DNA from: Verrucomicrobiia bacterium
Lineage (GTDB): Bacteria > Verrucomicrobiota > Verrucomicrobiia > Limisphaerales > UBA11358
NCBI GenBank assembly: GCA_025451535.1
Contig: JANWKE010000009.1
Span: forward strand, 11,917-75,916
Length of the DNA: 64,000 bases
Direction of reading: 5' to 3'
Shown: piece after piece, positions 1 through 10,013 of the stretch
Layout of the letters: the number at the start of each line of letters is the position of its first letter
How positions within the stretch are numbered: position 1 is the stretch's first letter
Position numbers and translations under genes: made by a program
Notes under the pieces: generated by a model
The model's input: the letters and a program-made list of their open reading frames with translations, nothing else
Database searches by the model: none
Told to the model about the DNA's origin: nothing

Positions 1-950
1 TCAATGCGGCCGTCCGGCATCGGGCCGACGTTGAGCAGCAGGTTGCCGTCACCACCCACAACCCGGCAAAGTACGCTCACGACTTCGGCAGGTGATTTCA
101 GTTTGTCGTTTGGTTTCCACGCCCATTGCTGGCAGATCGTCATGCACGTTTCCCACGGACGCTGGTCATCGTAAGTGCCGATTTGTTGTTCGGGCGTGTA
201 ATAGTCCGCGTTTGGATTCAGGATGCGCCGGTTGCTTTGATTCACGCCGAGATCGAGCCGGTTATCAATGATGATTTCCGGCTCCAATTTTTTGACGAGG
301 GCGTAAGTATTGGTCTGGTCATAAACCGCCTCGCGTCCGTCGAAGTCGAACCACATCACGTCAATCCTGCCGTAGTTGGAGAGCAACTCGCGGATTTCGC
401 CCTGCATCCGTTTGAGAAAGTCCCCGTTCCGTTCCGTGCGAAAATCCGGGTCGCGCCAGTCCATCGGCGAAAAATACCATCCGATCCGCAGCCCGTCCTG
501 GCGCGCAGCCTGGGACAATTCCGCGCAGAGGTCGCGCTTGAACGGGGTGGCGGTGATGTTGTAACCGTCCACTTTGGAATCCCACAGCAGAAAGCCATCG
601 CAATGCTTTGCGGTCAGCACCATGTATTTCATGCCGGCCATTTTGGCGACACCGGCCCAGTCAGCGGCGTTGAAATTCGTCGGGTCGAATCTCTTGTAAA
701 GATTGTCGTAAACCGCGACCGGCGTCGGGCCTTTGTTGGGACACTTCGGATTCGAGTTGGCGCGCGACCAACTGATTTCCTTGCCGGTCAACGTCACCGG
801 GCCATAGTGGATGAACATCCCGAACCGCGCCTCGCGCCACCATCGGATGCGCGCGGCGGCGGCATTAGTGTCGGTCGTGACTACGACCGTTTGTGCCAGG
901 GCGGAGTTGACAACGACCATCAGGGTGGCGAGCGGCAGGAATTTTTTCAT
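1..950 (-). CDS. alpha-L-fucosidase, GH29 family (3' end runs off the window start)
   Basis: Absent from the ORF track because it is open at the window edge. My own minus-strand translation from the ATG (complement of 948-950) gives MKKFLPLATLMVVVNSALAQ (signal peptide) ...RWWREARFGMFIHYGPVTL...MKYMVLTAKHCDGFLLWDS...IGWYFSPMDW...DVMWFDFDG, a GH29 core. The listed + ORF 126-959 is its antisense shadow. Confidence 0.85.
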   Translation of the reverse strand, partial: MKKFLPLATLMVVVNSALAQTVVVTTDTNAAAARIRWWREARFGMFIHYGPVTLTGKEISWSRANSNPKCPNKGPTPVAVYDNLYKRFDPTNFNAADWAGVAKMAGMKYMVLTAKHCDGFLLWDSKVDGYNITATPFKRDLCAELSQAARQDGLRIGWYFSPMDWRDPDFRTERNGDFLKRMQGEIRELLSNYGRIDVMWFDFDGREAVYDQTNTYALVKKLEPEIIIDNRLDLGVNQSNRRILNPNADYYTPEQQIGTYDDQRPWETCMTICQQWAWKPNDKLKSPAEVVSVLCRVVGGDGNLLLNVGPMPDGRI

Positions 951-1007
951 GGGAATTAGTCGAGTGAATTTTCCACCTACCTCTTCACAGTTTCCTTTTT
1001 CGTTTTC

Positions 1008-1793
1008 TCATGGCTTCATGCCAGGCCAAAGGAGAAGCGCCCGGAGGTATCCTTCGTTTAGCACCAAGGGTGAAGGAACGAAAACCACAAGCCAGACAAA
1101 CGTCATCGTCAAACGCGGATGACCTTTCAGGAAATGGCGTTCCACAAGGATGCCGACCGCTTGAAGGAGGAAATAGATCATCATTGTGCCAAATAGAACT
1201 CTGCCCGTGAGGCAGTAAAGCGGGAAATTTACCACCCATTCGTGCATGAAGCCGGAAGCCGCAAAGACCAGGAACAGCGCGAACATGGGGCGACGGCGTA
1301 ATCGGCCGAAGATGACGTAGCGAAACCAGCCGCTGGCCCAAAGATTCCATCGGTTGCCCCAAAAGTCCGCAATGCTCCGCGCCGCCCACGGACGGCGATG
1401 CAGCGCGGGAAGCAGGTAGCCACAGGGCAGCAAGAACAGGTTCATAATGGCAACGAGCGACTCTCCGATCAGAAGCAGAAATGGAACGGCAAGATAGCTC
1501 AGGAGAATTCCGCGAATTTGAAAACCACGGACCAGTTGCCAATAGACCCAATAAGTCAGCAACACAGCAGCAAACAGCATCAGGATTCGCAGCACCACCG
1601 GCCCGGCGCCGGTTGCCCGTTGCGCACGCAAGACCGAGTCAGGCGAAAACAGCACCCACGACATGGCCCTTCGCTCTATTTCACATTTGGCCGGCAGCAA
1701 CAGCGCCACCAGCTTCATAACGAATGACATCACCGCCAGCGCGAGCAGGAGAAACACGGTCATCTGCCAGTTGGGATCGTCCGGCAACATCAT
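1008..1793 (-). CDS. MBOAT_2/wax-synthase-like membrane acyltransferase
   Basis: 261-aa polytopic membrane protein with SIADFWGNRWNLW and FAASGFMHEW (conserved His) motifs typical of the MBOAT_2 family. Confidence 0.6.
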   Translation of the reverse strand: MMLPDDPNWQMTVFLLLALAVMSFVMKLVALLLPAKCEIERRAMSWVLFSPDSVLRAQRATGAGPVVLRILMLFAAVLLTYWVYWQLVRGFQIRGILLSYLAVPFLLLIGESLVAIMNLFLLPCGYLLPALHRRPWAARSIADFWGNRWNLWASGWFRYVIFGRLRRRPMFALFLVFAASGFMHEWVVNFPLYCLTGRVLFGTMMIYFLLQAVGILVERHFLKGHPRLTMTFVWLVVFVPSPLVLNEGYLRALLLWPGMKP

Positions 1794-1982
1794 CCGATGA
1801 GGAAATTACTTGAGTGGCGTGCCTACTTCCAGCCCAAGGTGGCGCGTTGTGGCCGTCTGCAAAGACTGGCCACCTGCCAAGACCCGCAGCCACCGCAGGA
1901 CATCCCGCGCGAGATGGAGATGGTGAAAAAATTCGAGCTGGAATTCCTGCCGCCGCTTTGAGCATGAGCGGTATTTAGATAA

Positions 1983-3116
1983 CTAATCAGTTGGTTTTTG
2001 CCTCAGCGCCAAAACTAACCCATCAAATCCTCGGCGCTTTGGAATCCGCTTGTGCAAAGTCTCAAGCAATGGATGTTCTCTCGCCGCTTGGCGGATGATA
2101 TCAGCAATTCGTTTGTCCACATTCAAAACGTCAACATAAAGGCCGAAAGATGCAGCATATTTGTCATGCATATTTCCTGTCTCTGCTTTAGGGAGCTGTC
2201 TCAATCGGCGATCAATTTCTTGCCATACAAACCATGACGGCACGGATTCTTTACGAACGAGCCGAAGTAGTTCGTCTCTGTTTTGCTTTAATCGACGAGC
2301 ATATATTTGCATCGAAGAAACAAATAAATATTCAAAGGTCACATCTTCCACACGAGCATTTTTTGGCAGCCTATTTCGCTCTACACCATCTCTCGCCAAT
2401 AGCGCCTCAAAATAATTGCCGCCATGCTGTAATAATGGGCGTGATTCAGTGAAGGCTTCATGCATGAATCGGTATGCAAACTCTTCAGGATTAATTCCTC
2501 GCAGGTCACCGGAGACAGTCATTTTCTCTGTAAGCCATTGGGCAGACTGGGCAAATCTTTTTTCAAACTCTGCGTCGGACGGAATCTTAATTCGCTGCCC
2601 TTTTTTAGGGATTTTTGCTTTTGGATCTCCAACGTAAAAGTGAGTGGCATTAGCTACTTCTGCCAGTCGCCTTTTATACGCTTCTAACTCGAATTTTCGG
2701 AAACGTTTCAACCAACCCAAATTATCAGCGACAAATTGCTCCCCTGAACTGAATCCGCTACGAATCTGAGTCCGCACGGTATCAATAACTTCATCGCGAG
2801 CCGCACTAGGGTGGTTCGCCAAAAACGCAATTTCAAAGCTTCGGAGAGCAATGACATCTCCAGTTGGAAACCGCTCCGTCCCTGTAGGAAAAGCTATGTT
2901 TGCCAACCCAGCTAAAAACTCTAAACGGCGTTCAACTACTCCATCATTACCGTGACTCGCGAGCTCTTGAAGTTGATGGAAAGTGATATACGCAATCCAA
3001 TCTCCGGAATTGAGAATCTTCGTAAGCTCTACAACTGTGGCATAATTTGGGCGGTCAGCAGCGTAATTAATCGTTGCCGTATCCAAAAACACATAGCGTG
3101 GATTGGAAAGGCGCAT
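1983..3116 (-). CDS. hypothetical protein, AT-rich orphan (possible split PIN-like fold)
   Basis: Uninterrupted 377-aa ORF with soluble-protein composition. N-terminal YVFLDTATINY and C-terminal LYVDVLNVDKRIADI resemble the first and last acidic strands of PIN-like domains. G+C is much lower than in the flanks. Confidence 0.65.
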   Translation of the reverse strand: MRLSNPRYVFLDTATINYAADRPNYATVVELTKILNSGDWIAYITFHQLQELASHGNDGVVERRLEFLAGLANIAFPTGTERFPTGDVIALRSFEIAFLANHPSAARDEVIDTVRTQIRSGFSSGEQFVADNLGWLKRFRKFELEAYKRRLAEVANATHFYVGDPKAKIPKKGQRIKIPSDAEFEKRFAQSAQWLTEKMTVSGDLRGINPEEFAYRFMHEAFTESRPLLQHGGNYFEALLARDGVERNRLPKNARVEDVTFEYLFVSSMQIYARRLKQNRDELLRLVRKESVPSWFVWQEIDRRLRQLPKAETGNMHDKYAASFGLYVDVLNVDKRIADIIRQAAREHPLLETLHKRIPKRRGFDGLVLALRQKPTD

Positions 3117-3126
3117 GGCCGACGCT

Positions 3127-4635
3127 TCAGGATTTAAACAGCTTTTCCACCTTCGCCTTCACCGCCTCATCCATCTTGATCAACGGCGGCCAAGCGCGCT
3201 TGAAGCCTTCGCCGGGCAGTTTCTTCGTTGCATCAATGCCCAGCTTGCTCCCGATGGCCATTTCGCTCGTCGCGTGATCGAGCACGTCGGACGGGCCCTT
3301 GGTGAAGATGCTGTCGCGCTGCGGGTCGGTGTTGGCACAGAGACGGAACAACACCTCGCTCGTGTTGTGTACGTCCACGTCGTCGTCCACCACCACGATG
3401 TATTTCGTGAACATCATCTGGCCCATGCCCCAAAGGCCGTGCATGATCTTGTACGCCTGCATTGGATAGGTCTTCTTGATGCTGACGAACACCAGATTGT
3501 GAAACACCCCTTCCGCCGGCAGCGCGATGTCCACAATTTCCGGAAAGTTCATTTTGAACACCGGCAGGAACAATTTCACGCTCGCGCTGCCGATGTAGAA
3601 ATCCTCCATCGGCGGCATGCCCACAATCGTCGCCGGATACACCGCGTCCTTGCGATGCGTGATGGCGGTGATGTGAAAGACCGGATACGGCTCGGGCAAC
3701 GTGTAATAGCCGGTATGATCGCCGAACGGCCCTTCATCGCGCAGCGGTTCCTTGGGGTCCACGTAACCTTCAATGACAAAGTCGGCGTTGGCGGGGACTT
3801 CGAGGTCATTGGTCTCGCACTTGACGAGTTCAACGGATTTTTTACGGAGATAACCCGCCAACAGAAATTCATCCAAGCCGTCGGGCAGCGGCGCGGTGGC
3901 GGCGAAGGTGAACACCGGGTCGCCGCCAATGAAAATGCTGACAGGCATGCGCGCACCGGTTTCATAATAACGGCGGCCGTGTCGCGCGCCGACTTTCTGG
4001 AGCTGCCAGTGCATGCCGGTGGTGCGATCGTCGTAAATCTGGATGCGGTACATGCCCACGTTGCGTTCGCCGGTATCCGGGTCTTTCGTTACCACGCAGG
4101 GCAGCGTGATGAAACGTCCGCCGTCCAAAGGCCAGCACTTCTGAATCGGGAGAGCGGAATGCGGAGTGCGGAGTGTCGGGAGAGAGTCACCACTTTCATT
4201 CCGCATTCCGAGTTCCGCATTCCGCACTAAATGAATGACCTCTTTGCAGGGGCCGTCCTTGACGGTTTTCGGTTTGGCGTGGCGCAGATCGAGTGCCTGG
4301 CCGAGCAGTTTGATGGCTTCACGAAAACTAGTCGGCGGCTTGGCTTTCATCAACGAACCCAGTTCGGCGGCGACTTCATTCACAGAATCCGCGCCCAGAC
4401 TCATGGCCATGCGTTTCCACGAACCCATGGTGTTGATGGCGACTGGAAACGGCGAGACTTCGCCGTTGACGGTCGGCTTTTCGAACAGCAACGCCTTGCC
4501 ACCGTTCGGCGATTTCATTTCGCGGTCGGCGATTTCAGTGATTTCGAGTTCGGTGGCGACGGGCTGGGAGATGCGCTTGAGTTCGCCGGCTCGGTCGAGT
4601 TGCCCGATAAAATCGCGGAAGGAATCAAAAGCCAT
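3127..4635 (-). CDS. ubiD: UbiD-family (prenyl-FMN dependent) aromatic acid decarboxylase
   Basis: From MAFDSFRDFIGQLDRAGELKRISQPV... through ...CWPLDGGRFITLP...GMYRIQIYD... to the C-terminus, the sequence is typical full-length UbiD. The start is set at the internal ATG (complement of 4633-4635), because the ORF-track extension to 4968 overlaps the rhomboid gene. Confidence 0.9.
   Translation of the reverse strand: MAFDSFRDFIGQLDRAGELKRISQPVATELEITEIADREMKSPNGGKALLFEKPTVNGEVSPFPVAINTMGSWKRMAMSLGADSVNEVAAELGSLMKAKPPTSFREAIKLLGQALDLRHAKPKTVKDGPCKEVIHLVRNAELGMRNESGDSLPTLRTPHSALPIQKCWPLDGGRFITLPCVVTKDPDTGERNVGMYRIQIYDDRTTGMHWQLQKVGARHGRRYYETGARMPVSIFIGGDPVFTFAATAPLPDGLDEFLLAGYLRKKSVELVKCETNDLEVPANADFVIEGYVDPKEPLRDEGPFGDHTGYYTLPEPYPVFHITAITHRKDAVYPATIVGMPPMEDFYIGSASVKLFLPVFKMNFPEIVDIALPAEGVFHNLVFVSIKKTYPMQAYKIMHGLWGMGQMMFTKYIVVVDDDVDVHNTSEVLFRLCANTDPQRDSIFTKGPSDVLDHATSEMAIGSKLGIDATKKLPGEGFKRAWPPLIKMDEAVKAKVEKLFKS
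4152..4228. repeat. imperfect palindrome built from GCGGAAT/GCGGAGT heptamers, inside the ubiD reading frame
   Basis: Left arm agcggaatgcggagtgcggagtg, right arm cattccgcattccgagttccgcattccgcact. The 12-nt gcggaatgcgga (4154-4165) is the exact reverse complement of tccgcattccgc (4214-4225). Confidence 0.7.
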
Positions 4636-4693
4636 ACGGGCGCGAGGCTGGCATAAAATAACGCAGCTGGCAATGCGGGGCTGAGAGAACAGG

Positions 4694-5839
4694 TCAACGA
4701 ACCGGCGTTGACACAACGGGCGCGGGTTCCAATTCAACTTTGCGCCAGAGAAACCACAGCGCCACGCCGACGGCGGTGCCGCCGAGGTGTGCCAGTGACG
4801 AAACGCCATTGAAACCGGCCACCTGCTCGTAAGCGCCAAAACATTGCAGGAGCAGCCACAGCAGAAACGCGCACCAGGCCGGGAATTGAAGCCATTTGAA
4901 ATAAACGTAGTAGTAACGGAACAGAATCCCGAGTTTGGCATGCGGAAATTTGAAGGCATAAAACGCAATCAAACCGGAAATGCCGCCACTGGCTCCGATA
5001 CAGGGAACGTCGCCCCGTGGATCAGCCGCGACATGCAGAAAATCTCCCACGATCGCCGCCAAAAATACCAACAGCAGCCAGCGTTTCGAGCCGAGATAAT
5101 TTTCCACGTGAACACCGAAGATAATCAGGAAATAGAGATTGCTGACCAGGTGAAAAATTCCGCCGTGCAGAAAGAACGAGGTCAAAAAGGTCAATCCACC
5201 GTAACGCCAGGCGTGGTCGGGAATCAGCCCGAAATTCTGAACAACGTTTTCCAAATCGAAGAAGGCCCAGATACTGACGGCAGTAATCACGAGTGAAAGC
5301 GACAGGGTCGCCATGGGTATGCGTGTCAGCGGATCGGAGTCCATTTCAACGGGCAAACCGAACAAGGCCGGAACCGCTTTCCAGCTGGCGTCCGGTTCCG
5401 GGTCTTCCTCCTGTGCCTGTTTGGCCATTTGCTGGACTTTGTAAATGGCCAGCGCTTCCCGGGCTCCCTGAGGCAACTCCTTTTCGTCCGTTTCGCCCGG
5501 TTCTCTGCGTGGCGGGGGTGGCGGCGGAATCGCTTCGTATTCCGCCGCGTCAAACCAGACAAACTCGCATCGTTTGCAAACGTCAATTTCCAACATCTGA
5601 CCGGCCAAACCCATGGCCACGTGCACCATGGCGCGCAAACAGATCGGGCAGGACTTGCCATCATTCTTTGTCGTGTTGATTGCCCGCGACCAGATAGCAG
5701 AGACCCGGTCATTGCCGATGGCAGCCCGTAAGACCGGAACGCCTACGGCCCGGCCGCCGCATTGGTCGCAGTTCCAAAACAACCCTTTCGGCCCCGGTGT
5801 GCGCGTCAATGCGGTACCGCAATTTGGGCAGGTGAACAT
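4694..5839 (-). CDS. rhomboid-family intramembrane serine protease with N-terminal zinc-ribbon domains
   Basis: CPNCG...CDQCGG and CPIC...CKRC zinc ribbons, six-TM core with GASGGISGL (catalytic Ser) and AHLGG (His). Confidence 0.85.
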   Translation of the reverse strand: MFTCPNCGTALTRTPGPKGLFWNCDQCGGRAVGVPVLRAAIGNDRVSAIWSRAINTTKNDGKSCPICLRAMVHVAMGLAGQMLEIDVCKRCEFVWFDAAEYEAIPPPPPPRREPGETDEKELPQGAREALAIYKVQQMAKQAQEEDPEPDASWKAVPALFGLPVEMDSDPLTRIPMATLSLSLVITAVSIWAFFDLENVVQNFGLIPDHAWRYGGLTFLTSFFLHGGIFHLVSNLYFLIIFGVHVENYLGSKRWLLLVFLAAIVGDFLHVAADPRGDVPCIGASGGISGLIAFYAFKFPHAKLGILFRYYYVYFKWLQFPAWCAFLLWLLLQCFGAYEQVAGFNGVSSLAHLGGTAVGVALWFLWRKVELEPAPVVSTPVR

Positions 5840-5853
5840 GGCGGAACCGCCAA

Positions 5854-6843
5854 TTATTTTGGCAGCAACTCAGCCACCAGCGCGCGTTCTTCCTTCAATT
5901 CGTTCACCGTGGCGTCAATCTTCACGCGACTGAACTCGTTGATGGCAACACCCTGAACGATTTCCAGTTTCTGGCCGTTGCTGCGAAGCGGGAAGGAGCA
6001 AATCAGGCTTTTTTCAATACCGTAACTGCCGTCAGAGCAGACACAGACGCTGTGCCAATCACCGGCGGGCGTCGGCACGATAATGGAACGGACACTGTCC
6101 ACGACGGCGTTCGCCGCGCTGGCGGCGCTGGACGAACCACGTGCCTTGATGATGGCCGCACCGCGCTGTTGCACGGTCGAAATAAATTCACTCTTGAGCC
6201 AGGTTTCGTCAGTAACCACGCCGGTGGCGGATTTGCCGTTGATTTTGGCGTTATAAAAATCGGGATATTGCGTGGCGGAATGGTTGCCCCAGATGGCAAC
6301 GTTGCTGACGGCGGTGATGTCCACGCCGGCCTTTTTCGCAAGCTGGGCCCTGGCGCGATTTTCATCCAGGCGCGTCATCGCGAAAAACCGGTCGCGCGAA
6401 ATATCCGGCGCGTTGTGCATGGCGATGAGGCAATTGGTGTTGCACGGATTGCCGACGACATGGATGCGGACATCGGCCGCGGCGTTTTTTTGAATGGCCT
6501 TCCCCTGCCCGATGAAAATCTTGCCGTTGATGCCGAGTAAATCCTTTCGTTCCATGCCGGCCTTGCGCGGCACGCTGCCGACCAGCAGCGCCCAATTCAC
6601 ATCGCGAAAACCTTCGTCGAGATTTGCCGTGGGCACGATGCCCTTGAGCAGTGGAAAGGCGCAATCATCCAATTCCATGCAAACGCCGTGCAACGCAGGC
6701 AACGCGGGTTCAATTTCAAGCAAATGCAGGATGACGGGCTGGTCCGGCCCGAACATGGCGCCGGAAGCGATGCGGAATAAAAGCGAGTAACCGATTTGGC
6801 CGGCGGCGCCGGTGACTGCGACTCGAACGGGTGTCTGGCTCAT
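5854..6843 (-). CDS. mdh: NAD-dependent malate dehydrogenase
   Basis: [23 protein letters not shown] Rossmann N-terminus and full-length similarity to the 329-aa MDH class. Confidence 0.95.
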   Translation of the reverse strand: MSQTPVRVAVTGAAGQIGYSLLFRIASGAMFGPDQPVILHLLEIEPALPALHGVCMELDDCAFPLLKGIVPTANLDEGFRDVNWALLVGSVPRKAGMERKDLLGINGKIFIGQGKAIQKNAAADVRIHVVGNPCNTNCLIAMHNAPDISRDRFFAMTRLDENRARAQLAKKAGVDITAVSNVAIWGNHSATQYPDFYNAKINGKSATGVVTDETWLKSEFISTVQQRGAAIIKARGSSSAASAANAVVDSVRSIIVPTPAGDWHSVCVCSDGSYGIEKSLICSFPLRSNGQKLEIVQGVAINEFSRVKIDATVNELKEERALVAELLPK

Positions 6844-6901
6844 AAATTAAAACGGGGCGCGATTATAGTTGCCGCCTTCCATGCTGCGCAAGCGTGGAGC
6901 T

Positions 6902-8647
6902 TCAACGTGTGTGCTCTTCCGTTACATCGAATCGCTCAAACAACTTGCCCAGCAGCAGCACACCCAGACCGGCTTCGACCGCCAGCACGGCGGTCGCCGC
7001 CAGCGATGCCGGCAGCAAGGCAGCACCCGGACCCACAACAATATTCAGCGGCAAAAAGATTACGGTAAATACGACGGCGGCGGGCGCGAGTGCCAGTAAT
7101 AAAGCGAGCAGTTGGGCCAGGGCCATAATCAATCTCTGACCAGTGACCTCAATACCGCGCGGGCCGTCCTTGCCGGTTTGAATCCATGCCGGGAACAACA
7201 GGACGGCCGCATTGGGAATCAGCAGTAGCAACCAATCCAGCACGGGCAACAGGACCGCCGCGCCCAGCGCGATGGCCAGGCCCAGGCCTTCCAGTTTGGC
7301 GGGCAGATAAAAAACCAGTCCGGCGCCAATCAACAGCAGCAGCCATTGGAAAGCCGCCAGCGCCGCCACCGGCGCGAGAATTTCGCCCAGGGCAATCTGC
7401 CAGCCGCGCAGGGGGAATGTCTTCAGGATATCGGCCAGCGGCAGGTCCCGCCGGAAATCCAACCGCAGCAGTTGCGGCCCCAGAAACAGCGAATAACCCA
7501 GGGCAATGGCAATCAGGAATTCCGCGACGATGGAAGATCCGTGACTTTGTGCTTTGCCGGCAAAGGCAAAACCGAAAATGACCACGATGACGATAATCGT
7601 AATCCAGAGGCGTATGGAAAACACCTGGCCGATGCCGATGAGATTTTTCCAGAACAGCGCGGTGGCGGAAAATCCGGTCCCGGAGAGCGCGAACCACGGC
7701 CGTTTCGCCTTCTGATTTTTCTTCGCGCCCTGCCAGTTGCCGGCGCGGGCGGCAGCGAGGCGGGTGGCAAGCTTTTGGGAGGCTTCCACCGAGGCTTCTT
7801 CAAACGCCACATCCGAATAGATGACCCATAGATAATGGAGCAGGAACAGCAACAGCGCCGGGGCGAATGCACCCAAAAACGCCGTGGCATCCGGTGCCAG
7901 AAATGGCCGCACGACCAGCCGGAATGGATAAAGCAGGTACAGGGCCGGGCCGGTGGTCAAAACGCGTTGCAGATAATCCATCGCCGAACCAAGATCGGTA
8001 ATGTCCGCGGAATTCAATCTCGGCATGGTCCGTTTCGCCCAAACCCAGACACCGGCGACCATCGCAACCGCCAGCCCGAGGACGAGCAGCCGCCGCAACC
8101 GGTTGGAGATACCGCGATCCAGCATCATCGTCCGGGCGAACGAAGAACCCAGAAAATGGAGGTTCAACGTTGAGAGAATGAGCCACCAGCCAAGCGCATG
8201 AATCCAGGCATTCCCGCCGAACCGCCGGGAAAACAAGGTCAGCAGGAGGACGCTGAAGAAGATGCGCAACTGGGACCGCAGGAGTTTGAAGTGAATCAGC
8301 GTGCGCCGGGTTACGGGCGCGGGAAATAGAAACGCCACCTCGGCTTCGCTGAAGGTCAGGGCGGCCCGCTCATGCGGGACGAGCCACGCCATCAAAACGA
8401 TGACGAAGAGCACCAGCGCGCCGAGCAATTCAAACAGCAACAGATGTCCCGGCGGCCACGTCAGGTTGGCCGGCGGTTGCGGGCCGCCGGCATAACCCCG
8501 GAACAGGTAGCGGAAGAAGTACCAATAGAAATAAAGCCCGCCGACGATGGCGCCGATGAGATATTTCGGCTGTTTTAGCCGCTTAAACCGGCTCACCAGC
8601 CGGTTGCGGACGGTGTGATATTGCAGGTAGAACAGCGCGGAAATCAT
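6902..8647 (-). CDS. putative ABC-exporter membrane protein
   Basis: 581-aa polytopic membrane protein. Its ATG overlaps the stop of the upstream ATPase gene in an ATGA (8644-8647). Confidence 0.7.
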   Translation of the reverse strand: MISALFYLQYHTVRNRLVSRFKRLKQPKYLIGAIVGGLYFYWYFFRYLFRGYAGGPQPPANLTWPPGHLLLFELLGALVLFVIVLMAWLVPHERAALTFSEAEVAFLFPAPVTRRTLIHFKLLRSQLRIFFSVLLLTLFSRRFGGNAWIHALGWWLILSTLNLHFLGSSFARTMMLDRGISNRLRRLLVLGLAVAMVAGVWVWAKRTMPRLNSADITDLGSAMDYLQRVLTTGPALYLLYPFRLVVRPFLAPDATAFLGAFAPALLLFLLHYLWVIYSDVAFEEASVEASQKLATRLAAARAGNWQGAKKNQKAKRPWFALSGTGFSATALFWKNLIGIGQVFSIRLWITIIVIVVIFGFAFAGKAQSHGSSIVAEFLIAIALGYSLFLGPQLLRLDFRRDLPLADILKTFPLRGWQIALGEILAPVAALAAFQWLLLLIGAGLVFYLPAKLEGLGLAIALGAAVLLPVLDWLLLLIPNAAVLLFPAWIQTGKDGPRGIEVTGQRLIMALAQLLALLLALAPAAVVFTVIFLPLNIVVGPGAALLPASLAATAVLAVEAGLGVLLLGKLFERFDVTEEHTR

Positions 8648-9420
8648 CGCTCGTTTCCGGGAGGCAACGGCGGCGCCGCCGCCGGCGCGGCCGGATTGGT
8701 TTCACTGGTGGCGCGGAAGAAGATTTCCTCGAGGTTGGCGTCACCGGGCTGTTCGGAAAATTTCCGGGTCACTTCCTCAAGCGTGCCGTCAATAATCTTC
8801 TGCCCGTTCTTCAAAATCAGGAGGCGCGAGCAAATTTCCCCGACCAGGTGCAACAGGTGCGAACTGATGATGATGGCGGCGCCGTTGCGCGCCCGTTTCA
8901 GGATGGAATCCTTCATCCGGCGGATGCCCAGCGGGTCCAGCCCGGTTAACGGTTCGTCAAAGTAAATCACCCGGGGCGAGTGCAACAGGCCGCAGGCGAT
9001 GGCGAGCTTTTGCTTCATGCCGCGGGACAGTTCACCGGGTAATGCGTCCCGCTTGTTCGCGATTTCGAGCTCCTCCAGCAGGGCTGCGCCGGTCCGTTCG
9101 TAATCGGCGACCTGGTAAATCCGCGCGATGAAATTCAGGTGCTGCCAGACGGTGAGATAATCGAACAGGCGCGGTTCGTCGGTGAAAAACGCCAGTTGTT
9201 TCTTGGCGTCGATTGCGTCGCGGACGATGTCATGGCCGCCGACGCGCACCGTGCCGCGCGTGGGCGGAATGATGCCGGCGAGGCAGCGCAAGGTGGTGGT
9301 CTTGCCGGCGCCGTTCGGGCCGACCAGGCCCAACACTTCGCCGGGCTGGAGAGAAAACGTGAGTTCACTCACGGCGGTGAATTCGCCGTAGAGTTTGGTG
9401 AGGCTTTCGACCTGAACCAT
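8644..9420 (-). CDS. ABC transporter ATP-binding protein
   Basis: Walker A GPNGAGKTT, signature LSRGMKQKL, Walker B VIYFDEP. The ATG at 9418-9420 (MVQVESLTKLYG) is preferred over the TTG at 9459. Confidence 0.9.
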   Translation of the reverse strand: MVQVESLTKLYGEFTAVSELTFSLQPGEVLGLVGPNGAGKTTTLRCLAGIIPPTRGTVRVGGHDIVRDAIDAKKQLAFFTDEPRLFDYLTVWQHLNFIARIYQVADYERTGAALLEELEIANKRDALPGELSRGMKQKLAIACGLLHSPRVIYFDEPLTGLDPLGIRRMKDSILKRARNGAAIIISSHLLHLVGEICSRLLILKNGQKIIDGTLEEVTRKFSEQPGDANLEEIFFRATSETNPAAPAAAPPLPPGNER

Positions 9421-9534
9421 GCGTTGGCGTCGGGTTACCCGCGATTTCGGTCGGTTCAAATTAGCAGCCCGCCCGCCCGGACGTAAAGTCCGCAGATTTG
9501 CTCCATGCTCGTAAAAGATTTCATAAAAAATTCC

Positions 9535-9563
9535 TTGGCAAAAGTGCGCGGCGGGCGTAGAAA
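9535..9563 (+). promoter_or_regulatory. candidate sigma70-like promoter for the riboswitch leader
   Basis: TTGGCA, 17-nt spacer, TAGAAA, about 20 nt upstream of the riboswitch P1 stem. Motif match only. Confidence 0.25.
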
Positions 9564-9585
9564 CGGAATGTTCTTTGAAACAACG

Positions 9586-9729
9586 CAGTCAAATGTCTGG
9601 GAACCCGGTGAAAATCCGGGACGGTTGCGCCACTGTAACGGCTACAAATTCCCCGAGCCACTGTTCCGCGCTGCGGAACGGGAAGGCGGAATGAGGTTTG
9701 AGGCCGAAGTCAGGATACCGGTTTGGCTG
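9586..9729 (+). promoter_or_regulatory. cobalamin (B12) riboswitch aptamer
   Basis: GGGAACCCGGTGAAAATCCGGGAC..GCGCCACTGTAA core, GAGCCACTG...CGGGAAGGC, and B12 box GAAGTCAGGATACCGG. The closing helix cagtcaaa (9586-9593) pairs with tttggctg (9722-9729). Confidence 0.85.
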
Positions 9730-10013
9730 TGCTCGTCTGGGAAGTTGATTGTTGAGAGTTGATAGTCGAATGCCGGCAGGCGGTTTTCTCTATCAACCAT
9801 CAACGGTAGACCATCAACCCACCCACTTCTCCGTCAAAGAGAAGGATGAGGCCAGCCTGTTGAACGGTTTTCGACAGGATTCGTGGGATGCCTTCATTCT
9901 CCGTTTTGCCGGGGTCTGGAGGTTTTTTCATTTTCAGGCCCCGCGCTGGTCTCTCAACTGTAAAACCACCCGGCTCTTGCATGCAAGGCCGGGCCAAACT
10001 GAAAGATCAGCCA

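Noticed and set aside
126-959. 277-aa + strand ORF
   Set aside because: Arg/Val/His-rich nonsense composition. It is exactly antisense to a convincing GH29 fucosidase reading frame on the minus strand.
3103-4230. 375-aa + strand ORF
   Set aside because: Antisense shadow of ubiD, a typical high-GC artefact (R/H/A/V-rich, no motifs).
4636-4968. N-terminal 111-aa extension of the ubiD ORF
   Set aside because: Cys/Arg/Ser-rich, unlike UbiD N-termini, and overlaps the 3' end of the rhomboid gene. The conserved UbiD N-terminus begins at the ATG ending at 4635.
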